The notes beneath the pieces are model-generated. The model saw only the letters and a list, made by a program, of their open reading frames with translations. It was not told where the DNA came from and did no database searches. A stretch of DNA of 64,000 bases from Euglena gracilis. Lineage: Eukaryota. This document shows, piece after piece, positions 39,701 to 50,840 of the stretch. Each line of letters starts with the position of its first letter. The first letter of the stretch is position 1. The position numbers and the translations under genes were made by a program. The stretch is taken from contig CP154954.1 in NCBI GenBank assembly GCA_039621445.1, forward strand, positions 37,371,703 through 37,435,702. Direction: 5' to 3'.

Positions 39701-42700
39701 AGCACACCAGGGGTTGATGGGGCAGCGCTCCCCGGGAGACCGGTGTGCCCGGCGGTGCCTCGAGGGGTGAGGGACGACGGCTTAGGGGAGACGGCGAGGC
39801 CTTGGCATGCAGATTGTTTGGCTGGGGCCCAAGGGAAGTGAAGTTGCAAGCAGCGCCATGCAGCACTCCTGTCGGCTCCCCTGCTGGATCCACGTACACG
39901 GGTCGGTTGAGGTCAAGCATCATCGTCAACGTACCTGAAGGCCAGAGCAATATGTGGCACAAATGGAAAAATCGCATCCATGGTTTTGTGCATAATTTTG
40001 TGGCGAAAAGAAACTTTGGTGGATTCAATAAAACAGCAGAAACAGGGGCACTCATTAAGCCTTTACAGACAGTCAGGCAGCAGCCACAAATGAACTCCTG
40101 GGGAAGACGTGGCCGCCATCCCCCTTGCTTCCTCGCAAGGGCCCAACAGAACATAACCCTTACATTCGCCAGAATTTTCCCCGTGTCTTTGACTCCAGTC
40201 GGTGAGTTGTATTCCTCTGAAGAAAACTGGTGGTTGCCCTGTAATTGGTGATCCCAAGTGGAATCCCAGCCACCAGACACCCCAAACCCCCCAAAATAAG
40301 GCCCTGGGTCTATGTTTTCCGTTGCTGAAAATCCCAATGGTCTCCTCTTTGGACTTTTGCTGAAAAAGCGGGAAAAAAAAGCCTTCCCGCAGGAGGTGGT
40401 CAATTTTTGGCAATGATTGAAAAATTGTCTCAAAAAGGCCAAATTTGACACATTCAAAATGGGCAAAAATCAAATAAAAATCCCACAAATCATTTTGGGG
40501 GCATTTTCACGGTTTCAGGGGGTGCAGCCTTTGGATTTTCCCCCCAATAAAAAATCCCGGGGGGGGTCTTTTTTTTGGAGGATGTTTAGTGTTGTTTTTT
40601 TTGGATATTTGCTGAAAAGTGGCAGGGGGGGTCCTATTTGGGGGGGGCGGTTAGAGAGCGTTAAAAAATGCTGGCCAAATTGGTTTGCACCTTTCGGGCT
40701 GGAAACTCATTCCAATGGCTTGCTTTATTGTTATTAAACAGTTCTCATTACTCATCAGCCTTGGAAAGCACTTTTTCGGGACCCATTTTCGCATTTTACA
40801 GTCCTATTTTGGGACTTGGCTTCACTAAACTGGGAATAACTCGAGGTGGGAGTTTGGATTAATATCATGGTTCTTGAGATAACCAGGACCAAATGGAAAG
40901 TGCCCCCCCCCCAAAAAAACCGTCCTGGGGTTGGGATTTGGTCCATATCAGGGATTCCAGCAAAACGACTGCAAAAACATACAAGAAACATATGTGATCT
41001 TCATCCCCGGACTTTGATTTTTCGACCCAACAGGGCTTCGGTTGCCCCCCCCCCCCGAGGGCCTAGCTTAGCGGTTGGAAAGTTTTGGTTGGTTGTTGGC
41101 TGGAAAAAGGCTGCTGGCTGACCCCCTCCCCCCCCCCTTAGGGTCAGGGTCAAACCGGGAACCAGGTACCAAAAAATCAAAACTGAAAAAAAATGCCCCA
41201 AAAACTACCAGGTGTGAGGGAAAATAAAATTTTGGTCCAAATGGCTGGCTTCTCAAGAGCTATTTTTGGGCTGCTGGCAGTGGATGGGTCCCCATTTCAC
41301 CAGTTTTCACGTTTGAAATCACGCAGCCATTGAAATGCACCCAAAGGGAATCCATTTCATTGCCCCCCTTTGCATTGTGCAAACCTTGAATCTGATCATT
41401 ATCTTTCCATGCCAAATTGTATTTCTGCCGTTCTGCAATCCCGCGGTGGTGCCACGCAGTACAAGCTGCCACATTTCACTGTGAAACACCTGTGCTCGCA
41501 ACTCGGGGAGATGATTTGGGACGGCTCTGAGTAACGTCGGGTGCTACCATTTTTCACTTTGTTTCTGGGTCTGAAAATTCACTTGCACTTGGGTGTGAAA
41601 ATTTACTTGGCACACTGTGTTAGTTCAAAGCTGGTCAGGGTCGTCCAGGTTTGGTTCAGCCCAGCTGGGCACACCCATTGGCTGATTTTGGGCCGTCTGC
41701 ATCGCCACCTCCACCTCCTGGGCAGCCAGCACGTGGTGGGCCGTGGGGAGCTGCACCACCGCAGAGGACAGCGGAGCGTCCGCATCGTCCAGGAGGGCAA
41801 TGTGGAGAGAGCGATCCGGGTCTGGAGGGGCAAGAGGCACCATGAGACGGGGGCCGGGAAAGCCCAGGCAGAACAGGGGCAAGGGGGGATTTGCTCCCCG
41901 ATTGGGCCTGCTGCAAGCCAAAGTTGTGCTGGCTGGTGGCAAGGCTTTGGCCAAACAGCAAGAAGGAGATACACGTAAAATTATGTGTTGGTTAAAAAAA
42001 AAATGTCTGGCATTTACAATGCTTGCGCATCACATGTGGATGTTGCAGAAAGGAGTCCCTCAGTCTCAGGTCCAAAAGTGGCTCCTTCACCGCCTGAATG
42101 AACACAAAACATTCCAGCCAATAACTCGAAGAGTCTGCTTTCAAAAAAGGGAGGCAGAGAAGGCAATCAAAGATTAACAGCTGTAGAATTCACCAACAAT
42201 GGGCGTATGCGGGGACACACCGTCGGCGCGTAACCGCATATCGATGAGCCCCATCCAGTGGGCCTGTGCCTTGCCTTGGGCCGACTGCTGCAGCACCTGC
42301 CCATGACAGAAGAGACGGAGGGAGGGCCAAACCAAGCCAAGCCGTCCCGCGGCAACCTCGGCAGTGCGGGCTGGCACACCACCGACGGGGGGGTCGTTCG
42401 GGTCTCGGCGTTGGTCTTCATTTGCAGCCGCAGGGGACCGTTGGAGGGGATGGGTCCATCCAACTCAATGGTCAGGGTCTCCACCAAAACCTTGAGTCGT
42501 TGAATGGGTTCTGAGAAAAAGAGCACATGGGAGACATGCCTGGGGGAGGGGGAGCGCAACAAGGAACCTCAAAATATGCAACGCAAAAATGGAAAAAATG
42601 CCAAAAAATGTGAGCTCATTCCATACATTTAATGAGTTTATGCTGAAAACCTACCAAAGCACTTTGAATGTTTAACCACTCGCACTTTTTCCAATCATAT

Positions 42701-44727
42701 GCAATGCATGCATCGCCAAAAGAAAACACAAACCGCAAACTTGCTGTGGCCAGATTGATCTGACTTCCAGAACGGGGAAAAACTGACCAAGAACAATTGC
42801 CGATGGGAAAAATTCTGCCAGGCTTAAATTGCGGGGAAATTCCTGGATACCGGCTTAAAATGGCTGTGAAAGACCCACGTTTTCAGGGAAACGTAAGAGA
42901 ATTCACACCAAATCCTGAGGTTTTTCCCGGAATCCTAGACAGAAAATTGGTAAAAAATTTACTCCAATTTTTTGTGATTTTGAACAAAAATACATTGCAA
43001 GGTGCAGTGCCGAAGAAAGTTTTGGGCATTCACTGGAGAACTTTTTTTTAAATTTGCCGGGAAAAATCCTGGATCGACCTTAAAATGGCAGGGAAAATCC
43101 CGGACAAAATTTCGACCACAATTTTTCCCACAACATTTTTTCCCGTTCAAGTTTTTCCCCTCCCCAGCAGTGCATGCACAATAATTTCATTCCGAAAACA
43201 ACTGACATGCGAAATTATTCCCAAAACAGCCAACCTGGCACAAAAATGGTTGTTTTCATCCCAAGAGCCCCAAAAAATCCTTCGGCACTTCGTGCTTCGT
43301 GGCCATGCTTAAACTGGTTCGTATGCCATCACACACAGGGTTCGATATAAGGGTGGGGGTCCTACAGTCATCCGTAGGCGTCCAAAATTTTCCTCATCAT
43401 TTTACAGCTAACAGCCACTTTTAATGGCTGAATTAGTCAAAACAACGGCTCGAGAGTGGCATAAATGATGACTCAAGGCGGGCGCAATTAATGACTGTGG
43501 TAGGACAGATTCACTGGCTTCTGTGTGACATGAATAATGTCCCCAAGAGGATAAAAATAATGGTACTGAGATCACACAAATGATGTCTGGACAAAAATAA
43601 CGTGAAAAAAATGACGGGGAAAATGATGGGAAAAAAAGACCTCATTTTGTAACCCCCATTCCCTACTTGAGAGGGGGTTACTCGGGACCCCCCCAAAAAA
43701 TCATTTTTTTTTCCGTGCCACTCACACCCCTGCTGGAGGGAAACATGTTGAACAATCAGTCAGGGAAATTGACAAGATCACACAACAAATATGGATACTT
43801 TCCCAAGGCCTCACCACTGAAATTTAAGAAGTTCAGGAAATCACAAGCACCCAAATTGCAAAGGAAATAAAAAAAGCTGAAAGCCGGATTTTCGATCTCA
43901 GATCTCAGAAAAAGCAATGAATCAACGATGGCAGGTGGATTGGAACCTGAAAATCCATACCGAAAACGGTGGGGTGAAATTGTTGGCTTTCACTGGCAGC
44001 AATTGGATTCATTTAAAAACTGGCTGGGAAAAATCCTGGACGGATCCTTTGAAAGCCGCAGAGAATCCTGGGCTGCACATTCGGCCGGCACGAAACACAA
44101 AGACATGAACCTTCAGACAGAATGAGCTGGAGCACCTAACAAAAGCTGGCACCTGATGGGGGCCGAAAATCAACGTTTGGATCTCGACTGCTTGGTTGAG
44201 ATGGAGAAGACAATCGTACCTGTTGAAAGAAAGTGGGTGCAATTGTGGAGCCACTCCACAAAATATTCAATGCACAAAAAGCCCCTCCAAATATACACCA
44301 TAATTCCACAAAGAATACCCCCCCCCCGAGGACCGGTTGGATGCACAAATAGCAAGCCCCCATCATGCTGAAATGCAATCAAAGGGGAAAGAGAGATGGC
44401 ATGTAATGAACCTCACAGAACCCCCCCACACACTGCACCCCCACACACACATTGCTCCACTCACCCTTCCCGCATGCCCCCACACTTGGAAATGAAGTTG
44501 TTCTTTAGGCATTTTTTTTGGAGGGAACCCTTACTTGTGCAACGTACCACGCCTGCCCCCCCCCCCACAGTTGCCCACATGTTCCCCCCCCCCGCCCAAC
44601 ACACCCAATAGGATTTCAGTTTGGAGAGGTCAGGTTTAAAAAGGAAAAAATGGAGATGAGGACCTGGCTGCTTCCACTTGGTAAAGAACTAATTGCTGGG
44701 AGGTCGACAGCTGCTTTCCGAACGAAC
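500..44727 (-). CDS. Very large multi-exon gene (envelope): C2-like domain followed by an array of duplicated Gly/Pro/Ala-rich exons; true 5' and 3' ends not resolved
   Basis: More than 20 GC-rich blocks on the minus strand are bounded by YAG acceptors and G|GTGTG-type donors, most with 3n lengths and compatible phases. Exons below ~8 kb and above ~45 kb are only tentatively parsed. Confidence 0.65.
7086..7895. mobile_element. Interleaved foldback/MITE cluster (aaataatacccccc family)
   Basis: Inverted arms ~7086-7260 vs ~7500-7640 and ~7225-7450 vs ~7690-7890. Confidence 0.7.
8407..8748 (-). CDS. Family-A exon (342 nt, phase 1-1)
   Basis: cacag|GTGTGCCAGGC...AGTG|gtgtgtgc; encodes VPGMALGTQPAPAPRE...PSLLLAAGGVP...GGPGQPPVPWPGVGGSG. 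Confidence 0.65.
8974..11234 (-). CDS. Family-B exon split by a candidate nonconventional intron (pieces 11118-11234 and 8974-9198; 117+225=342 nt)
   Basis: Same acceptor, donor and sequence as the intact copies. Removing 9199-11117 restores exactly 342 nt in frame. Confidence 0.7.
9199..11117 (-). other. Candidate euglenid nonconventional intron (1919 nt)
   Basis: Minus strand reads C|GGCCATGCATCACTTTA...TAAAGAAATGCATGGAGCC|G: Y|R at both junctions, +4..+6 CAT pairs with -8..-6 ATG, extended terminal stem, no GT-AG. A 10-bp direct repeat ggccggctcc lies at 9195-9204 and 11114-11123. Confidence 0.75.
9306..9642. mobile_element. hAT-like MITE
   Basis: TIR catacaattgctta/taagcaattgtctg; 8-bp TSD ggctggac; nested in the candidate nonconventional intron. 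Confidence 0.85.
12537..12830 (-). CDS. Family-A-type exon, 5' boundary uncertain
   Basis: ...GGGAGQPLSQRPG...GAEGGGAAHQRDMEGSVGAAADSSALVGPAGS|gtgtgtg; frame offset relative to other copies near a poly-G run. Confidence 0.5.
13111..13316. mobile_element. hAT-like MITE
   Basis: TIR cagggtttttttta/taaaaaaaacccctg; 8-bp TSD accacaac. Confidence 0.85.
13497..14262. mobile_element. TIR element with ATGCGGAAAA subterminal arrays
   Basis: TIR cag(g)n-aaattatgcggtc/gaccgcataattt-(c)n-tg; TSD ccagaac(c), 7-8 bp. Confidence 0.85.
15434..15538 (-). CDS. Short family-A1 exon (105 nt, phase 1-1)
   Basis: cacag|GCACACC...GGCG|gtgcag; encodes TPVTAWESQLAPTPREGLEEAFG. Confidence 0.6.
16389..17334 (-). CDS. 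Family-B exon split by the same intron (pieces 17295-17334 and 16389-16613), with an internally deleted 5' part
   Basis: The 3' piece is 225 nt as in the other copies, but the 5' piece is only 40 nt. It is therefore out of frame from the homologous acceptor: either a pseudoexon or an upstream acceptor is used. Confidence 0.45.
16614..17294 (-). other. Candidate nonconventional intron (681 nt), paralogue of 9199-11117
   Basis: Same site and near-identical termini; direct repeat at 16610-16619 and 17291-17300; unrelated interior. Confidence 0.7.
17659..17841 (-). CDS. Chimeric B/A exon (183 nt, phase 1-1)
   Basis: ccccag|AGCC...AGTG|gtgtgtg. The first half (AGERLPGPAEWTP) is family B; the second half (GGGAAHQRDTEGSVG) matches the 12.5-kb exon tail. 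Confidence 0.6.
19969..20862 (-). CDS. Family-A exon pair (~20785-20862 and 19969-20319)
   Basis: VPGTAWAERPATPREELE and GGAGRPPVYQLGGSAGVGGSGGGSGGS...; YAG/GT boundaries; second exon is 351 nt. Confidence 0.65.
21586..21649. repeat. 16-bp tandem repeat x4
   Basis: ggggtgaaaatgacat repeated without spacers. Confidence 0.9.
21801..22272 (-). CDS. Family-A exon pair (22204-22272 and 21801-~22150)
   Basis: TPGTPWEMQPTQTPREELTTFE|gtggg and PSLRSSAGGVPG...GGAGRPPVHRPGVGGSG...|gtgtgc. Confidence 0.6.
22847..23188 (-). CDS. Family-B exon, uninterrupted (342 nt, phase 1-1)
   Basis: ccccag|GGCCCC...GCAG|gtgtgg; near-identical to 28503-28844. Confidence 0.75.
23778..23897 (-). CDS. Short Ala/Pro-rich exon (120 nt, phase 1-1)
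   Basis: tcacag|GAGTG...ACCG|gtttgc; encodes VPHPEGPAHPGEAGAAAWPAPG. Confidence 0.55.
24396..24732. mobile_element. hAT-like MITE, same family as 9306-9642
   Basis: Shared ccagtcagtcac internal motifs; 8-bp TSD cctcgaac. A degenerate third copy lies at ~29650-29900. Confidence 0.85.
25141..26328 (-). CDS. Two consecutive family-A units (~25950-26328; 25685-25768 plus 25141-~25441)
   Basis: AAREK/TPRE motif followed by PSL..AAG.P...GRPPV.RP.VGG; 25685-25768 is 84 nt, phase 1-1. Confidence 0.55.
26948..27175. mobile_element. TA-flanked MITE (ccaaataacctggcgggg family); second copy at 28225-28415
   Basis: Terminal inverted repeats, TA flanks and two related copies. Confidence 0.75.
28503..28844 (-). 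CDS. Family-B exon, uninterrupted (342 nt, phase 1-1)
   Basis: ttccag|GGCCCC...GTAG|gtgtgg; encodes PRRAAGERAPGPAEWTPTPSGRLPEEVPPDDDVIVVRSRPSLANLTA...EEEEDDGEEGEVAVLEG. Confidence 0.75.
31223..32715 (-). CDS. Two family-A units (~32650-32715 plus ~31943-32224; 31522-31584 plus 31223-31441)
   Basis: LPGTAWGTQHGPMPRE, LPAWGTQPAPPPRE and PSLRLALGG...ERPPVYRP; the 63-nt and 219-nt exons are phase 1-1 with canonical ends. Confidence 0.6.
34035..34680 (-). pseudogene. Ty3/Gypsy LTR-retrotransposon reverse transcriptase remnant
   Basis: WSSPTFVVAKNGRKWRGMVDFRALNEATTTDAHPLPRTEDIL...VLDLKDAFHQV (34404-34680) and KCKVFVKEGEFCGHVL...PIPGKLTALEKW (34035-34140) are characteristic Gypsy RT motifs. The YxDD segment is missing. 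Confidence 0.9.
34782..34801 (+). repeat. Short interstitial (TTAGGG)3 tract
   Basis: agggttagggttagggttag. Confidence 0.7.
35928..36263 (-). CDS. Family-A exon (336 nt, phase 1-1)
   Basis: cgcag|CTGCG...AGCG|gtgtgc; encodes APGTPGRTDEALTPRERL...GGAGQPPVQWPG. Confidence 0.65.
36727..36789. repeat. (ATG)n microsatellite
   Basis: About 21 perfect trinucleotide units, intronic. Confidence 0.95.
37125..38300 (-). CDS. Family-A unit interrupted by an inverted-repeat-bounded intron (pieces 37912-38300 and 37125-37245)
   Basis: TLGTAWSAQHMPTPREE...GRLPVYRPG...GSGGGQ/VPGGGGVSADG...|gtacgc. Confidence 0.55.
38747..39076 (-). CDS. Family-B exon, divergent copy (330 nt, phase 1-1)
   Basis: cag|GG...GCAG|gtgtgtg; encodes PTPFGRLPAELPMDDDVIVVRSRPSVANLTANRHG...EDDDEEEGEEDEAVLEG. 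Confidence 0.75.
39362..39800 (-). CDS. Exon group after the C2-like domain (…LTPRGTAGHTG…; GMSPFASWKLAATPPAPLPKEALVAMDDFFPTHPKRR…)
   Basis: High-GC3 frame with cag acceptors and gtgtg/gtgttg donors; internal boundaries are ambiguous. Confidence 0.55.
39869..42510 (-). CDS. C2-like domain on four exons (42380-42510, 42194-42296, 41675-41821, 39869-39934)
   Basis: Canonical GT-AG joins in frame give EPIQRLKVLVETLTIELDG...LRLQMKTNAETRTTPPSVVLQQ...AHWMGLIDMRL...DRSLHIALLDDADAPLSSAVVQL...EVAMQTAQNQPMGTLTMMLDL. The beta-strand pattern (L.V.V, W, L.I.L.D, G.L.M.L) resembles C2 domains; this is an inference by eye. Confidence 0.75.
44153..44727 (-). CDS. Two upstream exons of the minus-strand gene (44664-44727, 44153-44219)
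   Basis: tag|...AG|gt and cag|...AG|gt boundaries. A phase 2->0->1 chain gives RFVRKAAVDLPAISSLPSGSSQ/VRLSSPSQPSSRDPNVDFRPPS, which fits the phase-1 acceptor at 42510. An alternative frame also chains. Confidence 0.5.
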
Positions 44728-47700
44728 CTACAACGGCGCAATAGAGTCAACCCGGTTGACTGGCAGAGAGCAACAATCATCCGAATGACTGAGAATGATT
44801 GATATTGAAAACAGTGGCATCCCCCTTCGCTTCAGGAAAATTTGGCACAAAACATGGCAACGTGAAGACTTTGCGGTTTAGTTCGCAAGCTGAGTCTCGA
44901 AACATGTGCAGGAAGAAACAGGAACAGGAAGAAACACACAACGAAATGTGGCGATGACAATTCCAGAGAACCCCCACAAACCTCAGGTGGAAAGCGTTAG
45001 AAACACTGAGGGGTTGAGTGTGCCGCCTTCAATGAAAAAAATGGACACCTTTTTGGTGGACCTTATCACATTTGGTCGATGGGAACATTATGCATCTATC
45101 CCTTTTTTTTGCGCCGTCTGCATGGCAGGTGCTCGCACAGCGGACCCGTTTGCCACAGGCAACAACCACGGAGCGAATCACAAAAAAACCCTATTTTGCC
45201 TGGAACCCATCTTGATCATTGATTCAACCACCAAAAGCCTTTTTAAAAAAGATACCAGATGTTATGGTCGTTTTTCGAATAAATATGTTGAAAAAAAATG
45301 GGTGAAAAACAAGCAAACTTTTGCAATAATGGGCAAAGAATCCCAGCCTGCCTCCACGAAGGTTGAGGGCATACCGATGTGTTGTTTCTAGGAGTATGCG
45401 ATTGAGCTGGTGGGCAACGATTGGCCTTTCTGACAGTGCACGTTGGTGCGAAGGTGTTGAACAGGTTGTGGGCTGCATCAACTGCACGTGCAAATTGAAT
45501 TTGTCGGGGGGGGGGGTTGATAAATGATTCGGGGGGTTGATAAATGATACATTTGCAATCTGAGTTCCATCAGTCCAAACCAAACAACCTGGAAGACAAA
45601 TTGCAAAACAAGGGCATCATGCAAGCACCCTGGAAATGCATGGGTTTGCATTTTTTTTGAGTGGTTGCACAAAAATGACAAAGAAAATCTAGGGAAAAAT
45701 TCAAATTAAATCAAAAGCAATGTTGAAAACATGACCGTCCAATGAATGCCCCTGTTGATGAAAAAGGCTCTTTTTGCTTTTCAAATTTATAGAGCAACAA
45801 GGTAAGGATGAGGGGCAGACGCTTTTTTTTTTTAGAATTTCGGGGGGTCAGGATCACAGATTCACTTAGCGACCACCGGGGGGGACACTTTCCCCCCGAC
45901 CCAAGCCCACCCACCCACGTCTTTTGAACACCTGCCCACCCACCCACATTTTTTTTTTGAATACCTGCCCACCCACCCACGACCCCCCCCCCCCGGGGGT
46001 CAACCACCCCTCACCCCCCCACACAAAATCCAGCAAAAATTGGCTGAAAATGCTGAAAAAAATTTTCCTTGCCTGGCTTTTGGCTGGGCAAAAACTTGAC
46101 CCCCAACCCATCCTTTGGGGGGGGGGGGGGGTCACATAAATGTTAAATAAGTCAATGGTCCAGACCCACCCAGCCACCAATTCCCCCTGGGGGGGACTCA
46201 ATATTGTGGCTTTATATTGAGAACTATGTCCCAGACGCCGGTTCGGGCAGTGGCCCAAACCGGCGTCCGAGGCACTGGCGTCGTCTGGGACACAGTTTTT
46301 GAAACTGTGGCTAGGGAGATCCCGGTTCACGCCCGAACTGGCGGCTGAGGAATCACGGCCAATTTCGTCCCAAATCCCCATGTTTGGGGCAGTTTTGGGC
46401 GACTTCAGTCCAAATTGGCCGCCGGTCGAAATTGGAAGATTCCTCACTTCTGGCAAGTTTCCCATCAATCGAAAGGTCTTCTCAAGGGCTTTCAGCAGAT
46501 GGCCGTAGAATTCGGCCATAATGCACATAGTTCTTATTTTCAGCCATCGTACATTCCAAAATTTGAGATCTTAATTTGTCAAATCCCACAGCTCAGGTTG
46601 CATGGTGCAAACGAAAGCTCTCCCCAAGACCTGTCGTTGGTACCCACAGAACTCAGCCACATTTCACAGCGTTCTGAGAATCAGCGATTGCACTTTCCGA
46701 CCCTGTTTGCAAATTTGAAATTCCACTTTTCAGCTGCCATGTTGCCCATCGATTGAAAGCTCTTCTCAAAGGCTTTCAGCAGGTGGCTCTTGGATTTCTG
46801 CCATCCTGCATGGTATTCTATTTCAGAAATTCTCGAAAATTGGCCGAAAGGAAAAAAACCAGGGTCTGGCGAAAAACTGCTGTGATTACCACATGTGATT
46901 ACCACAAAAAATGCGATTACCACATGCCTACAAACCCTTTTGGACACTTTTTTTGGCACTTTTCATTTTGGGTCCCCCAGACGCCGGTTTCATGCCCGAA
47001 CCGGCGTCTGGGATGCCGGTTCGGGCGTGAACCGGGAGCCCCCAGACACGGTTTCAGAGCTTTTTTGGTGCTTTGCAGGATCACCCACAAACCCCGTCCT
47101 AGGTCACCAAAGTTTTTTTTAAAAAAGGCCTTTTGGTGGGAACGTGGGGGGGGGGACAATGGTGAGGGTTCCCCCTGGCCGAGCATGTCCCTCACAGAAT
47201 TGCCAATAAAAGACGTTTACCCCCAAGTACCTTGCTCAAGTCCATTTGTTATTTGGTTCACTGGCTTGGGTCTAACAGGCAGGTGGGCCAAAAGCCAGGA
47301 AAGCCCTCCAACAATGACAACTTTGAGCAGCAAATCACACACACCTTTCCAATATGGATGTTGCATTGTGGTTCAAGGGACATCGATGCACTTTCGCAGC
47401 TCTGTTCAGTTGCCCTGCAATGAAACAAATTGGCATAAGATGGAAAAAAACAAAAAGCAAATGAAACAAACAAAGAGGGCAGTGAATTTTTTGTATAAAT
47501 TGTGCACCCCCTAAAAACATTGAATTCCCTGCTGTTTGAACAGAACTTGAAGACCCTTGGCGGGGTATTCTGCATTTGGTCGGAAATTTCATCAACCTGA
47601 TCTTCAACGTATGTGACATTTTATCCCGTTGGTGCATTTTTCATCAACTTCAGTTCAATTTTCAATCATTGGGGATTGGGAAGCAAAATTAAAAAAAAAT

Positions 47701-50633
47701 GTGTGGTGAATAATTCTTGCTTTGGGGCCGTCTGTTTTTCTTGCATCCCCTTCAAAAGTTCAGTATTCGGTTGCTTCATGAGGGTTCCCATATTGGGGTC
47801 ACAGGCACCATTCTACCTGCCACGGGCGTCGGCAAAAAGCAGCTGTTACCGCCCCGGAGACGCAAAAAAAAACACCCCGGAAACGGCGTTTTGCCACTTT
47901 GAGGTTGAAGAAACATTTGATTTGCTTTGGAAATCATCAAATTTGGATTTTGCATAATTTCAAAAATGACAGACCTTATGCAAACTGTCATTCTGGATTC
48001 TTGGGCTTGAATGCTTGTCCCCCCCAGGCCCACCAAACCATGATTTTTTAACCCCCTTCTAGTGAAAAAAAATATTTAAAATCCCTTGCAGCAGCTTCAT
48101 TTTTCTGGTGAACAAAAATGAGGTCAAAATGTGCCAAAGCCAGGCGGTGTGCAAAAAAAAATACCCTAAAATTGCCCAAAATGCCTTGTATGGATCCGCT
48201 TTGGATCACACTACCTCCTCGGCTTGTCACCATTCCCCCCTTGTGGTCACCCACCAAACCAGACTCCATGACCCCCGTGGGGTTGGAAACAAGGTTTGGT
48301 TGGTTGGCTGAAAGGATCAAAAAGGTTGCCCTTGAAATGTCCAATCCAACATTGCTTTTTTCGAATATTGCAAGATCGCAACCCTGGTGAATGGGCTGAG
48401 GGGGCAATGACTTTGACAGGGTGGATGGGACAGGGGGTGCGGGGGGGGGGGACGAGGGGGAAACACCCAAAGGTCGAAATCATTGCCTCGAACCTCACGC
48501 AAGGCAATGGCACCGGAAAACCCATCAGACAATTGGGTGCTGTCTCATTGGGGGTGGGTCGGGTCACGGGAGGGGGGGGGTCAGGGGGGGGTCACGGGGA
48601 GGGTCACGGGGGGAACACCACATTTTCAGTGGCCAAATTTGGAACAACCAAACCCAAAATTTTGGAAAAAATTCTACAAATTAGGAATTCCCACACCAAA
48701 ATTAGGAATTTGACACCAAATTAAGAATCACCAACCCCAAATTTGAAAAATTTGTGCGTCAAAATTAGGAATCTGCTTGAGAATTTAATCAAATTAGGCA
48801 CCACCAGCCAAATTTCTTCCTGGAAAAATTTTGTTGAAATGGGTCGTAGGTCGGGCCACAGGGGGGTCACGGGGGGGGTCACGAGGGGAACACCCCCATT
48901 GGTGAGAAGACAAGAGACGTTGGAACTCTTAAGGAGAAATGCCTATAACCTTGGCATGTTGGTTAACTTGGTTGTCAGGGGTGCTAAAACGAGAATGATG
49001 TCCAAAAAAAATGCTTTAAACACGTTTCACAAAAAGTCAGATCTGCATCGCAACTCATCATCAATTTTCGCAGGGGGTGTTATGCGGGGGGAGGCTGTGG
49101 CCCAACTACCTCCACGCATTTTCTTTGGCGTCACTCAAAATTGTGTGTTTTTTCTCTGGTTGACGAAAAAATGTGCCCCGCCAATATTTGGGACGCGGGG
49201 GGGATGCGGGGGGGGGACGCGGGGGGGGGGACGCAGGGCAAACACCCCCCGCAGTTCTCAAATCTGCTTTTCCATCCATCCACCCTGGCCAGGCCTGCTG
49301 CCACGTCAAGCCTAGCATATGTGACACACAACTTTTTTTTGTGATACATGATGGACAATTTTTTTGGGTGATACACACTTAATGAATCAACCTTGACCCC
49401 ATGCCCCCCTCCCACGATACGAGACACCGAACCTTGTCCATGGCCCTCCGGAGTCCCCCCCTAAACCCAGGTAGGGGGGAGCGACATAACAATGCTATAC
49501 ATGTGTGTACATTTTGACATATTTCATATGTAGTCCAGTGTAGTTCATTTTTGGACCCCCAACCCCCTTGTCCAGTTCAGTTCCTGGCTCTTCCAGGGGG
49601 GTTAGGTGTATTTGCCAAAAATTGACCCCAAATGGCCGAATGGCCAAAGATGCCCTTATTTGCAAAATTTTTAACCCTCCCCCCCTATCAGTTGAGTTCG
49701 CCCAAATCTACACGGGTCCAGCCCCCCCCAAATACCTAGCCTTCCTTGGTGATGAAGACAGCAAAAAAAAAAACAGCAAAAGCACACCTGCAAGGAGCTT
49801 TGACGCATCCTCATTCCTGCATGGTAAAAAAAACCCTACAAGAACGATGGGGGTGTCCGGACCCCCCCTCCCGCGCCCCAACCTCCCTCTCCCCACATTG
49901 TGCCCAGCTTCCCCAAGAAAAAAAAATCTCGAAAAAATCGCGACGGGCCGCGCGCTTGGCGTGCGGCCCAAAAAGCATTTTCTTTTCATCAAAAATGGCC
50001 CAAAAATGGCCGAAAAATGACCACTTTTGGACCCCAAAACCACCGATTTCAGGACGCGTGCTGCCCGCGCGGCCGCCCTCGGACCCCGCCGCTCACCCCC
50101 CCCCACCATGCCAAGCCTCCTGAAGGGCAATGCCTCGTTATTTGGGGGGGTTTACATTTTTTGTCAACACCTTTGATGATAACTTTTGGAACCGCCTCCC
50201 TGTATAATTTTTCTTATTTTTTTGAAGAAAGCAAATAATGAGTGGGCAGTGCCCAAATAACGGGGCGGGGGGGGGGGGAAGGCCGAAAAAGATGGTTCCA
50301 ACAACGGGGAACCCTCAGTTTTTTTTGGTCCAAGAGGTTAGTGAGGACGAAAATATTCCACAATTCTTGCCTGCCGCGAGCACATACATGTACATATGTA
50401 CATGTGTATACAAACATGCATGCATATCTGTGTGTATGGCAGGGATTTACCAGTTATCCCCCTAGGGGGGTCCATTGGGTACAATATCATGGTTGTAAAA
50501 ATCGGGGCGGGATCCAACGTTTGATGATGGCAGGTAGTGCCCAAATAACGGGGCAGGGGGGGAGGTCAAAAAGGTTCATTTGTCTGTAGTGAGTCAAAAG
50601 GCTTCGTTAATGTGCAATGAGTACCTTGCCATC

Positions 50634-50716
50634 GGTCAGATGGTCAAGTGGTCAAAGACGCCAGCTTCAAACGCTGGTCTCCTCCAGGGGCGTGGGCTCA
50701 AATCCCACTCTGATCA
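50634..50716 (+). tRNA. tRNA-Leu(CAA)-like sequence, probably a pseudogene or SINE head
   Basis: Acceptor stem GGTCAGA/TCTGATC, D-arm, anticodon arm CCAGC-TTCAAAC-GCTGG, long variable arm, T-arm GTGGG-CTCAAAT-CCCAC (C instead of T54). Confidence 0.7.
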
Positions 50717-50760
50717 TTCTTTATTCACCAAAAATGGATTCCTCATCCAGTTGGGGAAAA

Positions 50761-50840
50761 TGATCAGAGTGGAATTTGAACCCACGCCCCCGGAGACCAG
50801 CATTTGAAGCTGGCGTCTTTGACCACCTGACCATCTGACC
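50761..50840 (-). tRNA. tRNA-Leu(CAA)-like sequence, inverted copy
   Basis: Same cloverleaf with a GGTTCAAAT T-loop/B-box and a downstream TTTT. Confidence 0.75.

Noticed and set aside
44980-47820. Further small candidate 5' exons of the minus-strand gene
   Set aside because: Several AG/GT-bounded segments exist, but frames and the start codon are ambiguous, so they are not reported individually.
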